The notes beneath the pieces are model-generated. The model was not told the DNA's origin. It was given only the letters and a program-made list of their open reading frames with translations, and searched no databases. Positions 32,618-41,380 of a stretch of 64,000 nt of DNA are shown here, in pieces. The number at the start of each line of letters is the position of its first letter. Position 1 is the stretch's first letter. Made by a program: the position numbers and the translations under genes. The stretch is from a virus (Duplodnaviria > Caudoviricetes): the IMG/VR virus record IMGVR_UViG_2974779332_000001, positions 32,001 through 96,000 of that record; one strand, given 5' to 3'.

Positions 32618-32930
32618 GCATATTTCCAAGATTGGTGAGTTTCAGGAACTTCATGACTTCATGGCAGACCCGGAACTAGATGAGGCAATGGCTATTATGG
32701 TTCAGCTTATGGTTAATCCAAACCTAAAGCCAGAAACAAATCAGCGTCTTATTGTTCAGCTCCAGGCTTATGCTGCCAAGTTCAGCATGCTTGCATCAAT
32801 CTACAGCACCATCAAAAAGGCTCCAGCAGGTAGTCCAAACAATTTCAAAAAGAATATCTACTACACAACTGCGGAGTCCATCGACAAACTAGTACAGGCA
32901 TTGAAGTACACCTTCAAGTTGCCTTACTGA
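32589..32930 (+). CDS. hypothetical helical protein
   Basis: 113-aa ORF in operon. Confidence 0.6.
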   Translation: MKMSDLTPLEHISKIGEFQELHDFMADPELDEAMAIMVQLMVNPNLKPETNQRLIVQLQAYAAKFSMLASIYSTIKKAPAGSPNNFKKNIYYTTAESIDKLVQALKYTFKLPY

Positions 32931-32971
32931 TGTGATACAATTAAATCACTAAGAGAAACGGATTACAACAA

Positions 32972-33745
32972 ATGTCTGATGGACTACTAAAGATTGCTCG
33001 GCTGGGCAACAAGGCTGATTTCGATATCAACCGCCTCGTGCAGGTTCTCGAAGAGGCTTATGTCAATTCCAGGCCGAAGGAAAGATATTCCAAGAAGGTC
33101 TCATTTAGTCCGTCCTCTCTTGGCTATGGTGCCGGTACCTGTCCTAGGTACTGGTATCTGGCTTTTGAGGGCGGAACATTTGTCGATACCTTCGATGGAC
33201 TAAGCGTCGCCAATATGGCAAACGGAACAGCAGCACACACACGCATCGAAAAGCTATTCGGTGACGCAGGAGTGCTTGAAGCGGCAGAAAAGGAGATTAC
33301 GAACGTTGACCCACCAATTCGTGGATTCGCTGACGTAATCATTAATTTTGAGGGTCGTACGGTTGTTGGCGAGTTTAAGACAACTCGCCAGGAGTCATAC
33401 ATACATCGTGAAGCCAATGGAACTCCCATTGACTATCACAAGGTGCAGGTACTCATTTATATGAGAGTGCTTGGTCTGGATGACGGATTCCTTCTCTACG
33501 AGAACAAGAACACACAGGAACTCCTTCTGGTCCCAGTGACCATGGACGAAGCAAACTCAGAGTACACCAATTACATCTTTGACTGGATGCGAGAGGTGCG
33601 AGCACTTTGGGAAAACAAGACCCTGCCAACCCGACCATTTACAAAGAAGAATAAGGCATGCAAGTCCTGTGCCCTATTCAATGTGTGTTGGAACGAATCT
33701 CCAGAAGGCGACGTCGATTATGCACCATTGGAGGTGAGGAAGTAA
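32972..33745 (+). CDS. Cas4/RecB-family exonuclease
   Basis: SPS..CPR, GT..H, G..D, EFK, QV.IY, C-terminal C..C....C (Fe-S cysteines). Confidence 0.85.
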   Translation: MSDGLLKIARLGNKADFDINRLVQVLEEAYVNSRPKERYSKKVSFSPSSLGYGAGTCPRYWYLAFEGGTFVDTFDGLSVANMANGTAAHTRIEKLFGDAGVLEAAEKEITNVDPPIRGFADVIINFEGRTVVGEFKTTRQESYIHREANGTPIDYHKVQVLIYMRVLGLDDGFLLYENKNTQELLLVPVTMDEANSEYTNYIFDWMREVRALWENKTLPTRPFTKKNKACKSCALFNVCWNESPEGDVDYAPLEVRK

Positions 33746-34027
33746 TTGATTTGCGCCTACGGAGAATGCGGTAACATGTTTGAACCCAAGACTCATAATC
33801 AGAAGTTTTGCAGTTCAGCATGTTGCCGTAAGGCGACCAACGCAAGAATTATGGAGAAGTATTACGCTCGCAGAGCACGTCAAAAGGGAGTTTCAAGGAC
33901 GTGCAGTGAGTGCCCCACAGTGCTCTCCAGATATAACAGCTCAGATAAGTGTGAGGGCTGTAAAGCGGAGCAGCGCCGGAAGGAACGAGTAGAGCTATTG
34001 GAGTTGATTGGTAGTGCCTCTGTCTGA
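33746..34027 (+). CDS. zinc-finger protein
   Basis: C...C..F.P....QKFCS..C plus CxxC...CxxC. Confidence 0.65.
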   Translation: MICAYGECGNMFEPKTHNQKFCSSACCRKATNARIMEKYYARRARQKGVSRTCSECPTVLSRYNSSDKCEGCKAEQRRKERVELLELIGSASV

Positions 34028-34580
34028 TATACATAAGACACAGGCTCAGAGAGTCATGGGAATCGACTGCTCTACCAAGTCCATAGCATTCACCATCTTT
34101 GATGGAGAAGACTTCTTGAAGTGTGGAGAAGTCTTTTTCAATGGAGCGACAGTTTTCGAAAGAGTGCATGATGCGAACGTGAAAACCCTCGCACTCTTCG
34201 AACACTTTTCTCCAGAGTTTGTTGCAATTGAAGCGGCCATTATGGTTCGAAGTACATCAGTCGCTATCAAGATGGCTTATGTGTTTGGTGCCGTGATTGC
34301 CGCTCTCTTGAAAAAGGGAGCAAAGGTAATTGAAGTCCCACCGATTTCATGGCAGTCTTTCATTGGCAATAAGAACCTCACCCTAGCGGAGAAGAATGCT
34401 ATAAAGCTGGAATTTCCCGGCAAGTCTGCAAGCTGGTATCAGAACAAGGGCAGACTGATAAGGAAGCAGCGAACCATTGATTTCGCCAAGCGAGAGTTTG
34501 GTATTGAGCTTGAAAGCGATAACGTAGCAGACTCACTGGGCATTGCTTGGTGGGCAGTTAAGAACAAGACTAGGAGATAA
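34008..34580 (+). CDS. RuvC-like resolvase
   Basis: MGIDCS, VAIE, W...IG, DN.ADS.GIA. Confidence 0.85.
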   Translation: MVVPLSDIHKTQAQRVMGIDCSTKSIAFTIFDGEDFLKCGEVFFNGATVFERVHDANVKTLALFEHFSPEFVAIEAAIMVRSTSVAIKMAYVFGAVIAALLKKGAKVIEVPPISWQSFIGNKNLTLAEKNAIKLEFPGKSASWYQNKGRLIRKQRTIDFAKREFGIELESDNVADSLGIAWWAVKNKTRR

Positions 34581-34582
34581 GC

Positions 34583-35074
34583 ATGATTGTTGCGGGAACA
34601 GGTCATAGAGAATTGAGGGACCGCGACTGGATTGCTGCCGAAACTGAGCAGGCCCTCATGACAATGGGGGCCTCTTTGGTTTATACAGGCATGGCATCTG
34701 GTTTCGACCTGCTATTGGCTAAAACAGCCTGGGGTCTGGGGATTCCCTTCATTGCTGTAAAGCCGTGGAGGGGTCACAAGCCTAGGAAGGCAGATGAATA
34801 CGACTACTACAGGGCTTTGGAGTTGGCAGAGGATGTGGTGAACGTTTTTCCAAATGATAACTATCCTGGTGCTTGGGCATATCAGAAGCGAAACGAATAC
34901 ATGGTTGACCATGCAGAAGCTGTCCTTGGCATGCTTGAGGCTGGCAAGACTGGGGGAACCTATAATTGCCTAAAGTACGCTTCTGGCAAGATGCCCATCA
35001 GAATCATTGACCCTCTAATGAGGGAGGTGTGGCACGTTGGCATTGACTCTGTACCGAAGCGAAAACTGGCTTAG
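34583..35074 (+). CDS. SLOG-superfamily protein (YspA/DprA-like)
   Basis: TGHR, TGMASGFD, KRNEYMVD, GGT.N. Confidence 0.8.
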   Translation: MIVAGTGHRELRDRDWIAAETEQALMTMGASLVYTGMASGFDLLLAKTAWGLGIPFIAVKPWRGHKPRKADEYDYYRALELAEDVVNVFPNDNYPGAWAYQKRNEYMVDHAEAVLGMLEAGKTGGTYNCLKYASGKMPIRIIDPLMREVWHVGIDSVPKRKLA

Positions 35075-35189
35075 GCTCAAATACAGAACCATGACAGCCA
35101 AGGAGATAGCTGAGCTTTGTGGCGTTTCAGAGATGACAATCACTCGTTATCTTGAGAAGTTTGACATCAGACGTAGACGCAGCCGCTGA
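35037..35189 (+). CDS. small HTH protein (below ORF-track cutoff)
   Basis: TTG start after GGGAGG; MTAKEIAELCGVSEMTITRYL HTH. Confidence 0.7.
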   Translation: MALTLYRSENWLRLKYRTMTAKEIAELCGVSEMTITRYLEKFDIRRRRSR

Positions 35190-35209
35190 CCTGTGCTATG
35201 CTGTCCTCT

Positions 35210-35827
35210 ATGATGAAGATTGGCATGATGGGCGCTCATGGAACGGGGAAAACCTCTATGGCAGAGGCCATGCTCAGTGGTCCTTTCAGTACGTTTTCCC
35301 TAGTTCCATCAACGGCCCGGCAGATAAAAGCATATGGTTATCCCATCAATAGGGAAGCCACAGAACTAAGTCAGATTCTTGTACCACTACTCCGTATGGT
35401 GGATGAAGCAGAGGCATTCACTGATAAGCGTAATCGAATGTATAAGCAAGGGCTGATTTCAGACCGAACACTGGTTGACTCCCTTGCGTACACGATGTAT
35501 CAGAATGCCAACGTGTGGGATAATGGTGCTCTTATTGAGCATGTGACTATGCGTCTCGCACAGATGCACATCAACACTTACGCAATTCTTCTATACTTCC
35601 CAATCTACTGGGACAATGTGGATGATGGAGTGCGTGACCCCGACGAGCAGTACCGACGAGAAATCGACAACAACATCAAAACAATCCTGGAGCTTCTTGA
35701 CATCAGGTATTACACCGTTCCCAATGTTGCTCCCGAAGTAAGAGCAGACTGGCTCGTGCAAAAGATTTTCCGTGCAAACGAGGAAAATGCCGAGCAATGG
35801 ATGTCTGCATTCCAGGGCATGCTATAA
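35210..35827 (+). CDS. P-loop nucleotide kinase (NadR/AAA_28 or thymidylate-kinase-like)
   Basis: GAHGTGKT, ISDRTLVDS.AY, DDGVRD. Confidence 0.8.
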   Translation: MMKIGMMGAHGTGKTSMAEAMLSGPFSTFSLVPSTARQIKAYGYPINREATELSQILVPLLRMVDEAEAFTDKRNRMYKQGLISDRTLVDSLAYTMYQNANVWDNGALIEHVTMRLAQMHINTYAILLYFPIYWDNVDDGVRDPDEQYRREIDNNIKTILELLDIRYYTVPNVAPEVRADWLVQKIFRANEENAEQWMSAFQGML

Positions 35828-35851
35828 TTATCTTGAAAGTGAGGAGATATA

Positions 35852-36172
35852 ATGGGAACACCGACACGACGCAGACGAGGCGAAAAGAATCCTGACGCCT
35901 GGTGGCAAGGAGCTTATGCCGGAATCCCACACATCATCGCTTCATATGAATTCACAATTGATGGAGATGAGATTCTTCCAAAGGCTCTCATCAAGTTCAA
36001 GAATACGCGAGGCTCATTCAAGTTCCGATGTGTGGCAACAAATATCAAGACTGGCAAGACCTGGATTGACTGCATCAACGCAGACACAGGTGAATGGAAG
36101 TCTTTCTATGTGGAAAAACTCAAGGGACTGGTGAAGCCAAGGCGTCCACGTAGGAGGAGAAAGGTTGCCTAA
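35852..36172 (+). CDS. hypothetical basic protein
   Basis: 106-aa ORF with GAGGAG RBS. Confidence 0.6.
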   Translation: MGTPTRRRRGEKNPDAWWQGAYAGIPHIIASYEFTIDGDEILPKALIKFKNTRGSFKFRCVATNIKTGKTWIDCINADTGEWKSFYVEKLKGLVKPRRPRRRRKVA

Positions 36173-36692
36173 AGAACTAGACACGCTCGACCGAATTGAA
36201 CAAATGAATCAGGTCGTAGCTGCGCTTCTAAAGGGCGACAATGCAACTGTAATCGCCCGGAACACAGGGTTGAAGCGTGTCCAGGTTCTCGAATATATCG
36301 ATGAATGGAAGGCACTAGCTCAAAACAATAAGGCAATTCAGGCACGTGCTCAGGAAGCCCTTGTGGGTATGGACGAGCATTACTCCATGATTATCAGAGA
36401 ACTCTGGGGAGTCCTAGAGGAAGCTGATATGAACAATGACCTCAGAACCAAGACTACCGTCTTGAAGAATCTTGCTGATGTTGAGGGCAAGAGAGTAGAC
36501 CTGCTGCAAAAGGCTGGCCTGCTTGACTCTCAGCAAATGGGAGAAGAGGTCGTTGAGATGGAACGAAAGCATGAAATCCTTATTAGTATCCTGCGAGAAG
36601 TGACCTCTGAATGTCCTCACTGTAAGGTTGAGGTAGCTCGAAGGCTCAGCAAGGTTACTGGTGAAACAGAAACGATTGTCGTCACAAATTGA
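36165..36692 (+). CDS. HTH protein, probable terminase small subunit
   Basis: N-terminal HTH, helical core and CPHC; directly upstream of terminase large subunit. Confidence 0.55.
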   Translation: MPKELDTLDRIEQMNQVVAALLKGDNATVIARNTGLKRVQVLEYIDEWKALAQNNKAIQARAQEALVGMDEHYSMIIRELWGVLEEADMNNDLRTKTTVLKNLADVEGKRVDLLQKAGLLDSQQMGEEVVEMERKHEILISILREVTSECPHCKVEVARRLSKVTGETETIVVTN

Positions 36693-36738
36693 TTAAATCC
36701 CTTCATGATATACTTTATATCAATGAAGGGATTTAGTT

Positions 36739-38559
36739 TTGTCTAATGGTTTTGCCGAGTTCTTCAACGCTCTGTCTGATGATGACTTTGAGGAAATCCC
36801 GGTAGATATTGAGGTCTTCGTACAGAGTGAAGACTATCTTGGCATGCCTCATTTGTCTGAGTATCAGTACCAGCTCATTAGGGCCTCTAGCCAGATTTAC
36901 AAGCAAAGCACTCTGCACAATCTGTTCAGTTCAGAAAAAGCAGAGAAGCGCTGGAGAGAAACATGCAATGAAGTAATTGCGATGCTTGGTAAGGGTAGTG
37001 GTAAGGACTTCACATCCACCATTGCTTGTGCTTACATTGTGTATCTTCTGCTGTGTCTACGTAATCCAGCAAAGTATTTTGGCAAGCCTGCTGGCGACAA
37101 CATCGACATTTTGAATATCGCCATCAACGCAGCACAGGCCAATAACGTTTTCTTCAAGGGCTTCAAGAGCCGCATTGATGGCTCCCCATGGTTTGCAGGA
37201 AAGTATACCACTAAGTCTGGTCACATCGCCTTTGATAAAAACGTCAACGTCTACTCAGGACACTCAGAGCGTGAAGCCTGGGAGGGTTACAACCTCATCT
37301 ACGTGGTACTTGACGAGATTTCAGGTTTTGCGCTAGACTCCACATCAGGCAACGAACAGGCCAAGACGGCTGATGCCGTCTATAAGATGTATCGAGCATC
37401 TGTGGACTCTCGTTTTCCAAGTGAAGGTAAGGTAGTTCTTCTATCATTCCCTCGCTTCAAGAACGACTTTATTTCACAGAGATATGACGCGGTAGTTGCT
37501 GAAAAGCAAGTCATCGAACGTAGTCATACATTCAAGCTGGACCCTGACCTACCAGATGACATTGAAGCAAACAAGTTCATGATTAAGTGGGAAGAGGACC
37601 ACATTATCTCTTACCACATTCCTCGTGTATTTGCTTTGAAGCGTCCAACCTGGGAAGTTAATCCAACTCGTAAGATTGAAGACTTTACTACTGCATTCTT
37701 TACTGACCCTATAGATGCATCAACGCGTTTTGCCTGCATGGCCCCAGACGCCATTGATGCTTTCTTCAAGGACAGAGAGAAGGTAGAGGCTTCATTTGTC
37801 AGACCTAATGGTGTTGACGAGGATGGCTCTTATCGTGCAGACTTTACACCAAAGGAAGGCACGCGCTACTATATTCACGTGGACCTTGCGCAGAAGCATG
37901 ACCACTGTGCTGTGGCACTAGCCCATGTTGAGAAGTTTGTCCAAAAGAAAATCGGCGGGCAACTCAATGAGGTATTGCCATTTGTTGTAGTGGATGCTGT
38001 ACGTTGGTGGACACCAAAGCCCGGTAAGGATGTTGACTTTGCCGATGTAAGAGAGTATATTACAGGATTGAAGCGTAGAGGCTTCGACCTGAGACTAGTC
38101 ACCTTTGACCGCTGGAACTCTAATGACCAGATGAAGTATCTGCGAGGAGTCGGTATTAATTCCGAGGTTCTTTCAGTGGCAAAGAAGCACTATGAAGATT
38201 TGAGCTGGGTAGTCTATGACCAGAGACTTATTGGTCCAGACGTTCCATTGCTCAGGAAAGAATTGCTCCAGCTACGTATTATGCCAAATGACAAGATTGA
38301 CCACCCAAGGTCAGGCTCTAAGGACTTGGCAGACGCTACGTGTGGCGCAGTTCACAACGCAATCACATATACACCACGCGATGATTACGGTACCATTGAG
38401 GTACAGACGTATGAGTCAATCAGGCGGGCAGAGATTGAGGCCGAGCGTGAAGAACTTGACAGCATGCGTGAGCGTGATAATGTGATTGAAGCACCTCGTG
38501 AGAAGCGTGTGATGCCAGATGAGCTAGCAGATTTCCTCACGAAGCTAGAAATTATTTGA
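36739..38559 (+). CDS. terminase large subunit
   Basis: GKGSGKD Walker A, VVLDE Walker B, HVDLA..HD nuclease, FDRWNS, KDLADA. Confidence 0.88.
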   Translation: MSNGFAEFFNALSDDDFEEIPVDIEVFVQSEDYLGMPHLSEYQYQLIRASSQIYKQSTLHNLFSSEKAEKRWRETCNEVIAMLGKGSGKDFTSTIACAYIVYLLLCLRNPAKYFGKPAGDNIDILNIAINAAQANNVFFKGFKSRIDGSPWFAGKYTTKSGHIAFDKNVNVYSGHSEREAWEGYNLIYVVLDEISGFALDSTSGNEQAKTADAVYKMYRASVDSRFPSEGKVVLLSFPRFKNDFISQRYDAVVAEKQVIERSHTFKLDPDLPDDIEANKFMIKWEEDHIISYHIPRVFALKRPTWEVNPTRKIEDFTTAFFTDPIDASTRFACMAPDAIDAFFKDREKVEASFVRPNGVDEDGSYRADFTPKEGTRYYIHVDLAQKHDHCAVALAHVEKFVQKKIGGQLNEVLPFVVVDAVRWWTPKPGKDVDFADVREYITGLKRRGFDLRLVTFDRWNSNDQMKYLRGVGINSEVLSVAKKHYEDLSWVVYDQRLIGPDVPLLRKELLQLRIMPNDKIDHPRSGSKDLADATCGAVHNAITYTPRDDYGTIEVQTYESIRRAEIEAEREELDSMRERDNVIEAPREKRVMPDELADFLTKLEII

Positions 38560-38572
38560 CCGGAGGTATGCC

Positions 38573-39103
38573 ATGTTACAACGTAAGCCAAAGGGTATTT
38601 CAAGAGCGGAAATCTCTGAGATACTGGCGAAGCGTGATGGCTACAAGTGTCAGTTCCCAGGCTGTGACCTTCCATTCGTGAAGGATAACGGACCTACCAT
38701 CGACCACTGGATTCCTTTGAGCGGTGGAGGTACATGGGCTCTTGATAACTTGAAGCTAATGCACAAGAAGTGCAACTCAGCCAAGGGTGATAGAATGCCA
38801 CTTGACGACGGTTCACTTCCTGTGATAGAAAAGAAGCCGAGGCAAAGCAGGGCTGTGAAGCGCAGCGAACGCCCGGTAGTCTGTGAGCAGTGTCAGTCTG
38901 GTAGACTGTTGAATGTTGATGAGGAATGTGAGGTCTGTGGAAGTGGACCCATGCCACCAAATTACCCTCAATGGTCTAAGGTCAAGCCAAACGAATGTAC
39001 ACACGAAGGCATCTGGTGGTGCTGGGCATGTATGAGCGGTGTGGTTGACAGGGTGCCTGCTAGCAGGATAGTATTTGATGGAGGAGAGCCGGGGATAGAC
39101 TAG
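38573..39103 (+). CDS. HNH endonuclease with C-terminal Zn ribbons (terminase-associated)
   Basis: RDG..CQ..C..TIDH..P...GG....NL...H..CN..K. Confidence 0.85.
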   Translation: MLQRKPKGISRAEISEILAKRDGYKCQFPGCDLPFVKDNGPTIDHWIPLSGGGTWALDNLKLMHKKCNSAKGDRMPLDDGSLPVIEKKPRQSRAVKRSERPVVCEQCQSGRLLNVDEECEVCGSGPMPPNYPQWSKVKPNECTHEGIWWCWACMSGVVDRVPASRIVFDGGEPGID

Positions 39104-39130
39104 TCCCCGGCACCTCCAAAAAGGAGAGTA

Positions 39131-39733
39131 ATGACTGACGTAGATATTGTTTTGATTGTTGACCGCTCTGGTAGTATGGCTACTATCCAGATGGAGGCGG
39201 AGACAGCAATCAATCAGTTCCTCAAAGACCAGAAGGCCGTTGAGGGCGACGTGTTCGTTACTTTCGTGCAATTCGACAACAAGTATGACCTGGTATTCGA
39301 GAAGGTAAACCTTCCGAACATCCCTAGAGTTCAGATTGAGCCTCGTGGTATGACAGCTCTGCTTGACGCAATCGGTCGAACCGTAGTAAACTATGTACCA
39401 CGAACTGAGAAGACTATCTTCGTCATCATGACTGATGGCCTTGAGAATGCTTCTCAGGAATGGACTAACACTGCGGTGAAGAACCTGATTGACGAGGAGA
39501 AGCAGCACGGAAGTGAGTTTGTCTATCTTGGTGCAAACCAAGATGCGGTGGCAGTAGGTGCTAAGATGGGGATTCCTGTCGCGAGCAGCCTCACCTTCGC
39601 AGCGGACAAGGCAGGACTTGACGCAGTGTCTCGCAGCATGACAAGCTATGTAACAGCGACTCGCTCTGGACTCGCATACGAGTTCACTGATGAGGACCGC
39701 AAGAACGCCACAGGCTTGACAGACAGCGAGTGA
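39131..39733 (+). CDS. von Willebrand factor A domain protein
   Basis: MIDAS DRSGS, TALLDA, MTDG.EN.S. Confidence 0.9.
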   Translation: MTDVDIVLIVDRSGSMATIQMEAETAINQFLKDQKAVEGDVFVTFVQFDNKYDLVFEKVNLPNIPRVQIEPRGMTALLDAIGRTVVNYVPRTEKTIFVIMTDGLENASQEWTNTAVKNLIDEEKQHGSEFVYLGANQDAVAVGAKMGIPVASSLTFAADKAGLDAVSRSMTSYVTATRSGLAYEFTDEDRKNATGLTDSE

Positions 39734-39744
39734 GCTGCTAAAGT
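39716..39744 (+). promoter_or_regulatory. sigma70-type promoter driving Y RNA-like 1 and tRNAs
   Basis: TTGACA-17 bp-TAAAGT; predicted +1 at about 39751 coincides with the ncRNA 5' end. Confidence 0.7.
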
Positions 39745-39750
39745 AGTAAA

Positions 39751-39834
39751 TGTGGGTCGAACGAAGGTTGGTTATCTTTCAAATGGTGAATACGCTCCGA
39801 TAGGGGCTCTCCGACTTTCAAACACTTATCCACA
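39751..39834 (+). ncRNA. Y RNA-like 1 (minimal Ro60-binding stem, no T arm)
   Basis: TGTGGGT/ATCCACA terminal helix, CGAAC internal loop, GAAGGTTGG/CCGACTTTC helix, GGTTATCT motif shared with two other copies. Confidence 0.75.
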
Positions 39835-39838
39835 AAAT

Positions 39839-39909
39839 GCATCGGTAGTTTAATGGTAGAACGAGAGACTTCCAATCTTTCGGCGCGGGTTCGATTCCCG
39901 CTCGGTGCT
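39839..39909 (+). tRNA. tRNA-Gly(UCC)
   Basis: Cloverleaf, anticodon loop CTTCCAA, GGTTCGATTCC. Confidence 0.92.
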
Positions 39910-39914
39910 CTCTA

Positions 39915-39985
39915 TCCCGTATTGTGTAATGGTAGCACAAAGGTCTCTGAAGCCTTTAGTCTTAGTTCGAATCTAGGTGCGGGAG
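39915..39985 (+). tRNA. tRNA-Gln(CUG)
   Basis: TCCCGTA/TGCGGGA acceptor, loop CTCTGAA. Confidence 0.92.
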
Positions 39986-39987
39986 CT

Positions 39988-40152
39988 GGTCCGACTTTAC
40001 GATATCGGCGGAAATAACTGAATCGGAACTCACATAATAACCATGGTAAAAGTGAGGAATGAGGAAGGGAAATATGCGGGAAGCGATGGGTAAAACCTCC
40101 TCGGACCGACAACGGGGTTTCTGGATGCTCTTTCCCAAGAATAAGATGCACC
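39988..40152 (+). ncRNA. putative structured ncRNA (unknown family)
   Basis: Spacer with no credible ORF; GGTCCGA/TCGGACC closing stem, CTCAC/GTGAG, GAGG/CCTC, GGGAAA/TTTCCC. Confidence 0.4.
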
Positions 40153-40154
40153 AT

Positions 40155-40225
40155 ATGTCCTTCGTATAATGGTAGTACAAGAGATTCCAAACCTCTTAGC
40201 GTGGGTTCGATTCCTACAGGACATG
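40155..40225 (+). tRNA. tRNA-Trp(CCA)
   Basis: ATGTCCT/AGGACAT acceptor, loop TTCCAAA. Confidence 0.9.
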
Positions 40226-40232
40226 CTTTGAT

Positions 40233-40410
40233 GAGTCTCGCCTTAGCAGGCATGAACGATAGTGTTCAGCATAAACTATCAAGTAAGCCCAAGAGACAAA
40301 CTGAAAGGGGTAACCCATGCTGAGGGTTCCTGATTAAGGAGTAGGGGATAAGGTCCCAAACAGTGTCAAAACCATTTAAAAAACGCCCGGTATCGAAAAG
40401 GTACCGGGCA
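40233..40410 (+). ncRNA. putative double-pseudoknot ncRNA (unknown family)
   Basis: GTCTC/GAGAC crossed by CCTTAGCA/TGCTGAGG; nested TGAAC/GTTCA + GATAGT/ACTATC pseudoknot; 3' GCCCGGTATC/GGTACCGGGC hairpin. Confidence 0.55.
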
Positions 40411-40430
40411 CAATAATATCCGGAGGAAAT

Positions 40431-40874
40431 ATGGGATACTACACAGACTTCACTCTAAGAGCGGAAGGCCGTGGAGCTGTCTATGACAAGATGATGAGAG
40501 ACAGGTCCAAGATTACATTCTCCTATAGCAACTACGACTTTACCCTCGGAGACTGGCTTGACAGAGACTACTCTGAGAACCTAAAGTGGTATGAATGGGA
40601 GAAGGACATGAAGCAGCTCTCAAAGGAGTGGCCAAACGTCCTATTTATTCTTGATGGAGATGGCGAAGAGACTGGTGACCTCTGGAGAGCATGGTTTCGA
40701 AATGGTGCCATGTACAAGCTTGAGGCAAAGATTGTTTTCGAGACAATCAAGCCAGATTTGGACAAGCATCTTCCATATGACCATGACCTTGACAAGCGTC
40801 TCGGTGAGCAGTACAAGGAAGAACTCAAAGACGAGATTGCCAGATTGCAGAAGCAGCTTGACTCACTAGACTGA
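40431..40874 (+). CDS. hypothetical phage protein
   Basis: 147 aa, GGAGG RBS; MGYYTDF...KWY.W..DM...S..WP...F.L.G.GEE motif seen in phage proteins. Confidence 0.75.
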   Translation: MGYYTDFTLRAEGRGAVYDKMMRDRSKITFSYSNYDFTLGDWLDRDYSENLKWYEWEKDMKQLSKEWPNVLFILDGDGEETGDLWRAWFRNGAMYKLEAKIVFETIKPDLDKHLPYDHDLDKRLGEQYKEELKDEIARLQKQLDSLD

Positions 40875-40885
40875 GAGGTGTAGGG

Positions 40886-41037
40886 TGGCTCTTACAGGCA
40901 CAAACGGACAGTGTTGGTTCCAAAGATGTTCTCGCAAGGCGACAACGACAATTCGGTATTACAACAAGTCAGTTGTCGTCTGTAATGGACACAAGAACCT
41001 TGATGGTGTAGGCTGTCCTTCAAGTAGGCGGAGACCA
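40886..41037 (+). ncRNA. putative long-hairpin/pseudoknot ncRNA (unknown family)
   Basis: Nested GGACAG/CTGTCC, GGTTC/GAACC, TGTTC/GGACA, GACAAC/GTTGTC; crossing TTACAGGC/GTCTGTAA. Confidence 0.55.
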
Positions 41038-41042
41038 AAGAG

Positions 41043-41071
41043 TTGACACTACTCAGAGGGTCTGCTAAGAT
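41043..41071 (+). promoter_or_regulatory. sigma70-type promoter
   Basis: TTGACA-17 bp-TAAGAT upstream of tRNA-Pro. Confidence 0.7.
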
Positions 41072-41099
41072 TAAGTACAACGGCAGGGAAACCTGCTAT

Positions 41100-41171
41100 C
41101 AGGCTCGGGGAAGATGGTAATCCGTTGGCTTTGGAAGCCTAAGACACTCGGTTCGATTCCGAGGGGCCTGA
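41100..41171 (+). tRNA. tRNA-Pro(UGG)
   Basis: CAGGCTC/GGGCCTG acceptor, loop TTTGGAA. Confidence 0.85.
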
Positions 41172-41202
41172 CCGAACATAGGAGGCATCCTATGCGTCTT
41201 GC

Positions 41203-41270
41203 GGCGGTGAATGTAGGAACCACAGGTTATGCAGCCAAGGTGGTCAAGGTTCGACTCCTTGCATCGAGCG
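41203..41270 (+). ncRNA. degenerate tRNA-like element (T arm present, no canonical anticodon arm)
   Basis: CAAGG-TTCGACT-CCTTG T arm; CGGTG/CATCG partial acceptor; ACCAC/GTGGT helix. Confidence 0.45.
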
Positions 41271-41302
41271 TACTGGGGCTGATACGATAACTCAGCATTT
41301 AA

Positions 41303-41377
41303 CGGGATATAGCTCAGCTTGGTCAGAGCGCGCGGTTTGGGACCGTGAAGTCGTCAGTTCGAATCTGACTATCCCGA
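41303..41377 (+). tRNA. tRNA-Pro(UGG)
   Basis: Canonical CGGGATA/TATCCCG, loop TTTGGGA. Confidence 0.95.
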
Positions 41378-41380
41378 CAA

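Noticed and set aside
32972-33745. Cas4 as evidence of a CRISPR system
   Set aside because: No repeat-spacer array or other cas genes seen; solo Cas4-like nucleases are common in phage recombination modules.
23462-38559. Inteins or introns in DnaB, DnaE, RecA or terminase
   Set aside because: Protein lengths are normal, frames are uninterrupted, and no intein C...HN-C/S/T or LAGLIDADG blocks were seen.
40228-40303. Hammerhead-like TTGATGA-GTCTC...GAGAC-AAAC
   Set aside because: Core needs CUGANGA and GAAA; here C3 is U and the G12 equivalent is missing, and stems I and III are not evident.
41275-41297. GGGGCTGA as a tmRNA 5' end
   Set aside because: Followed by a short hairpin and then tRNA-Pro; no matching 3' acceptor strand or tag region. 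No full-length tmRNA was recognised in this window.
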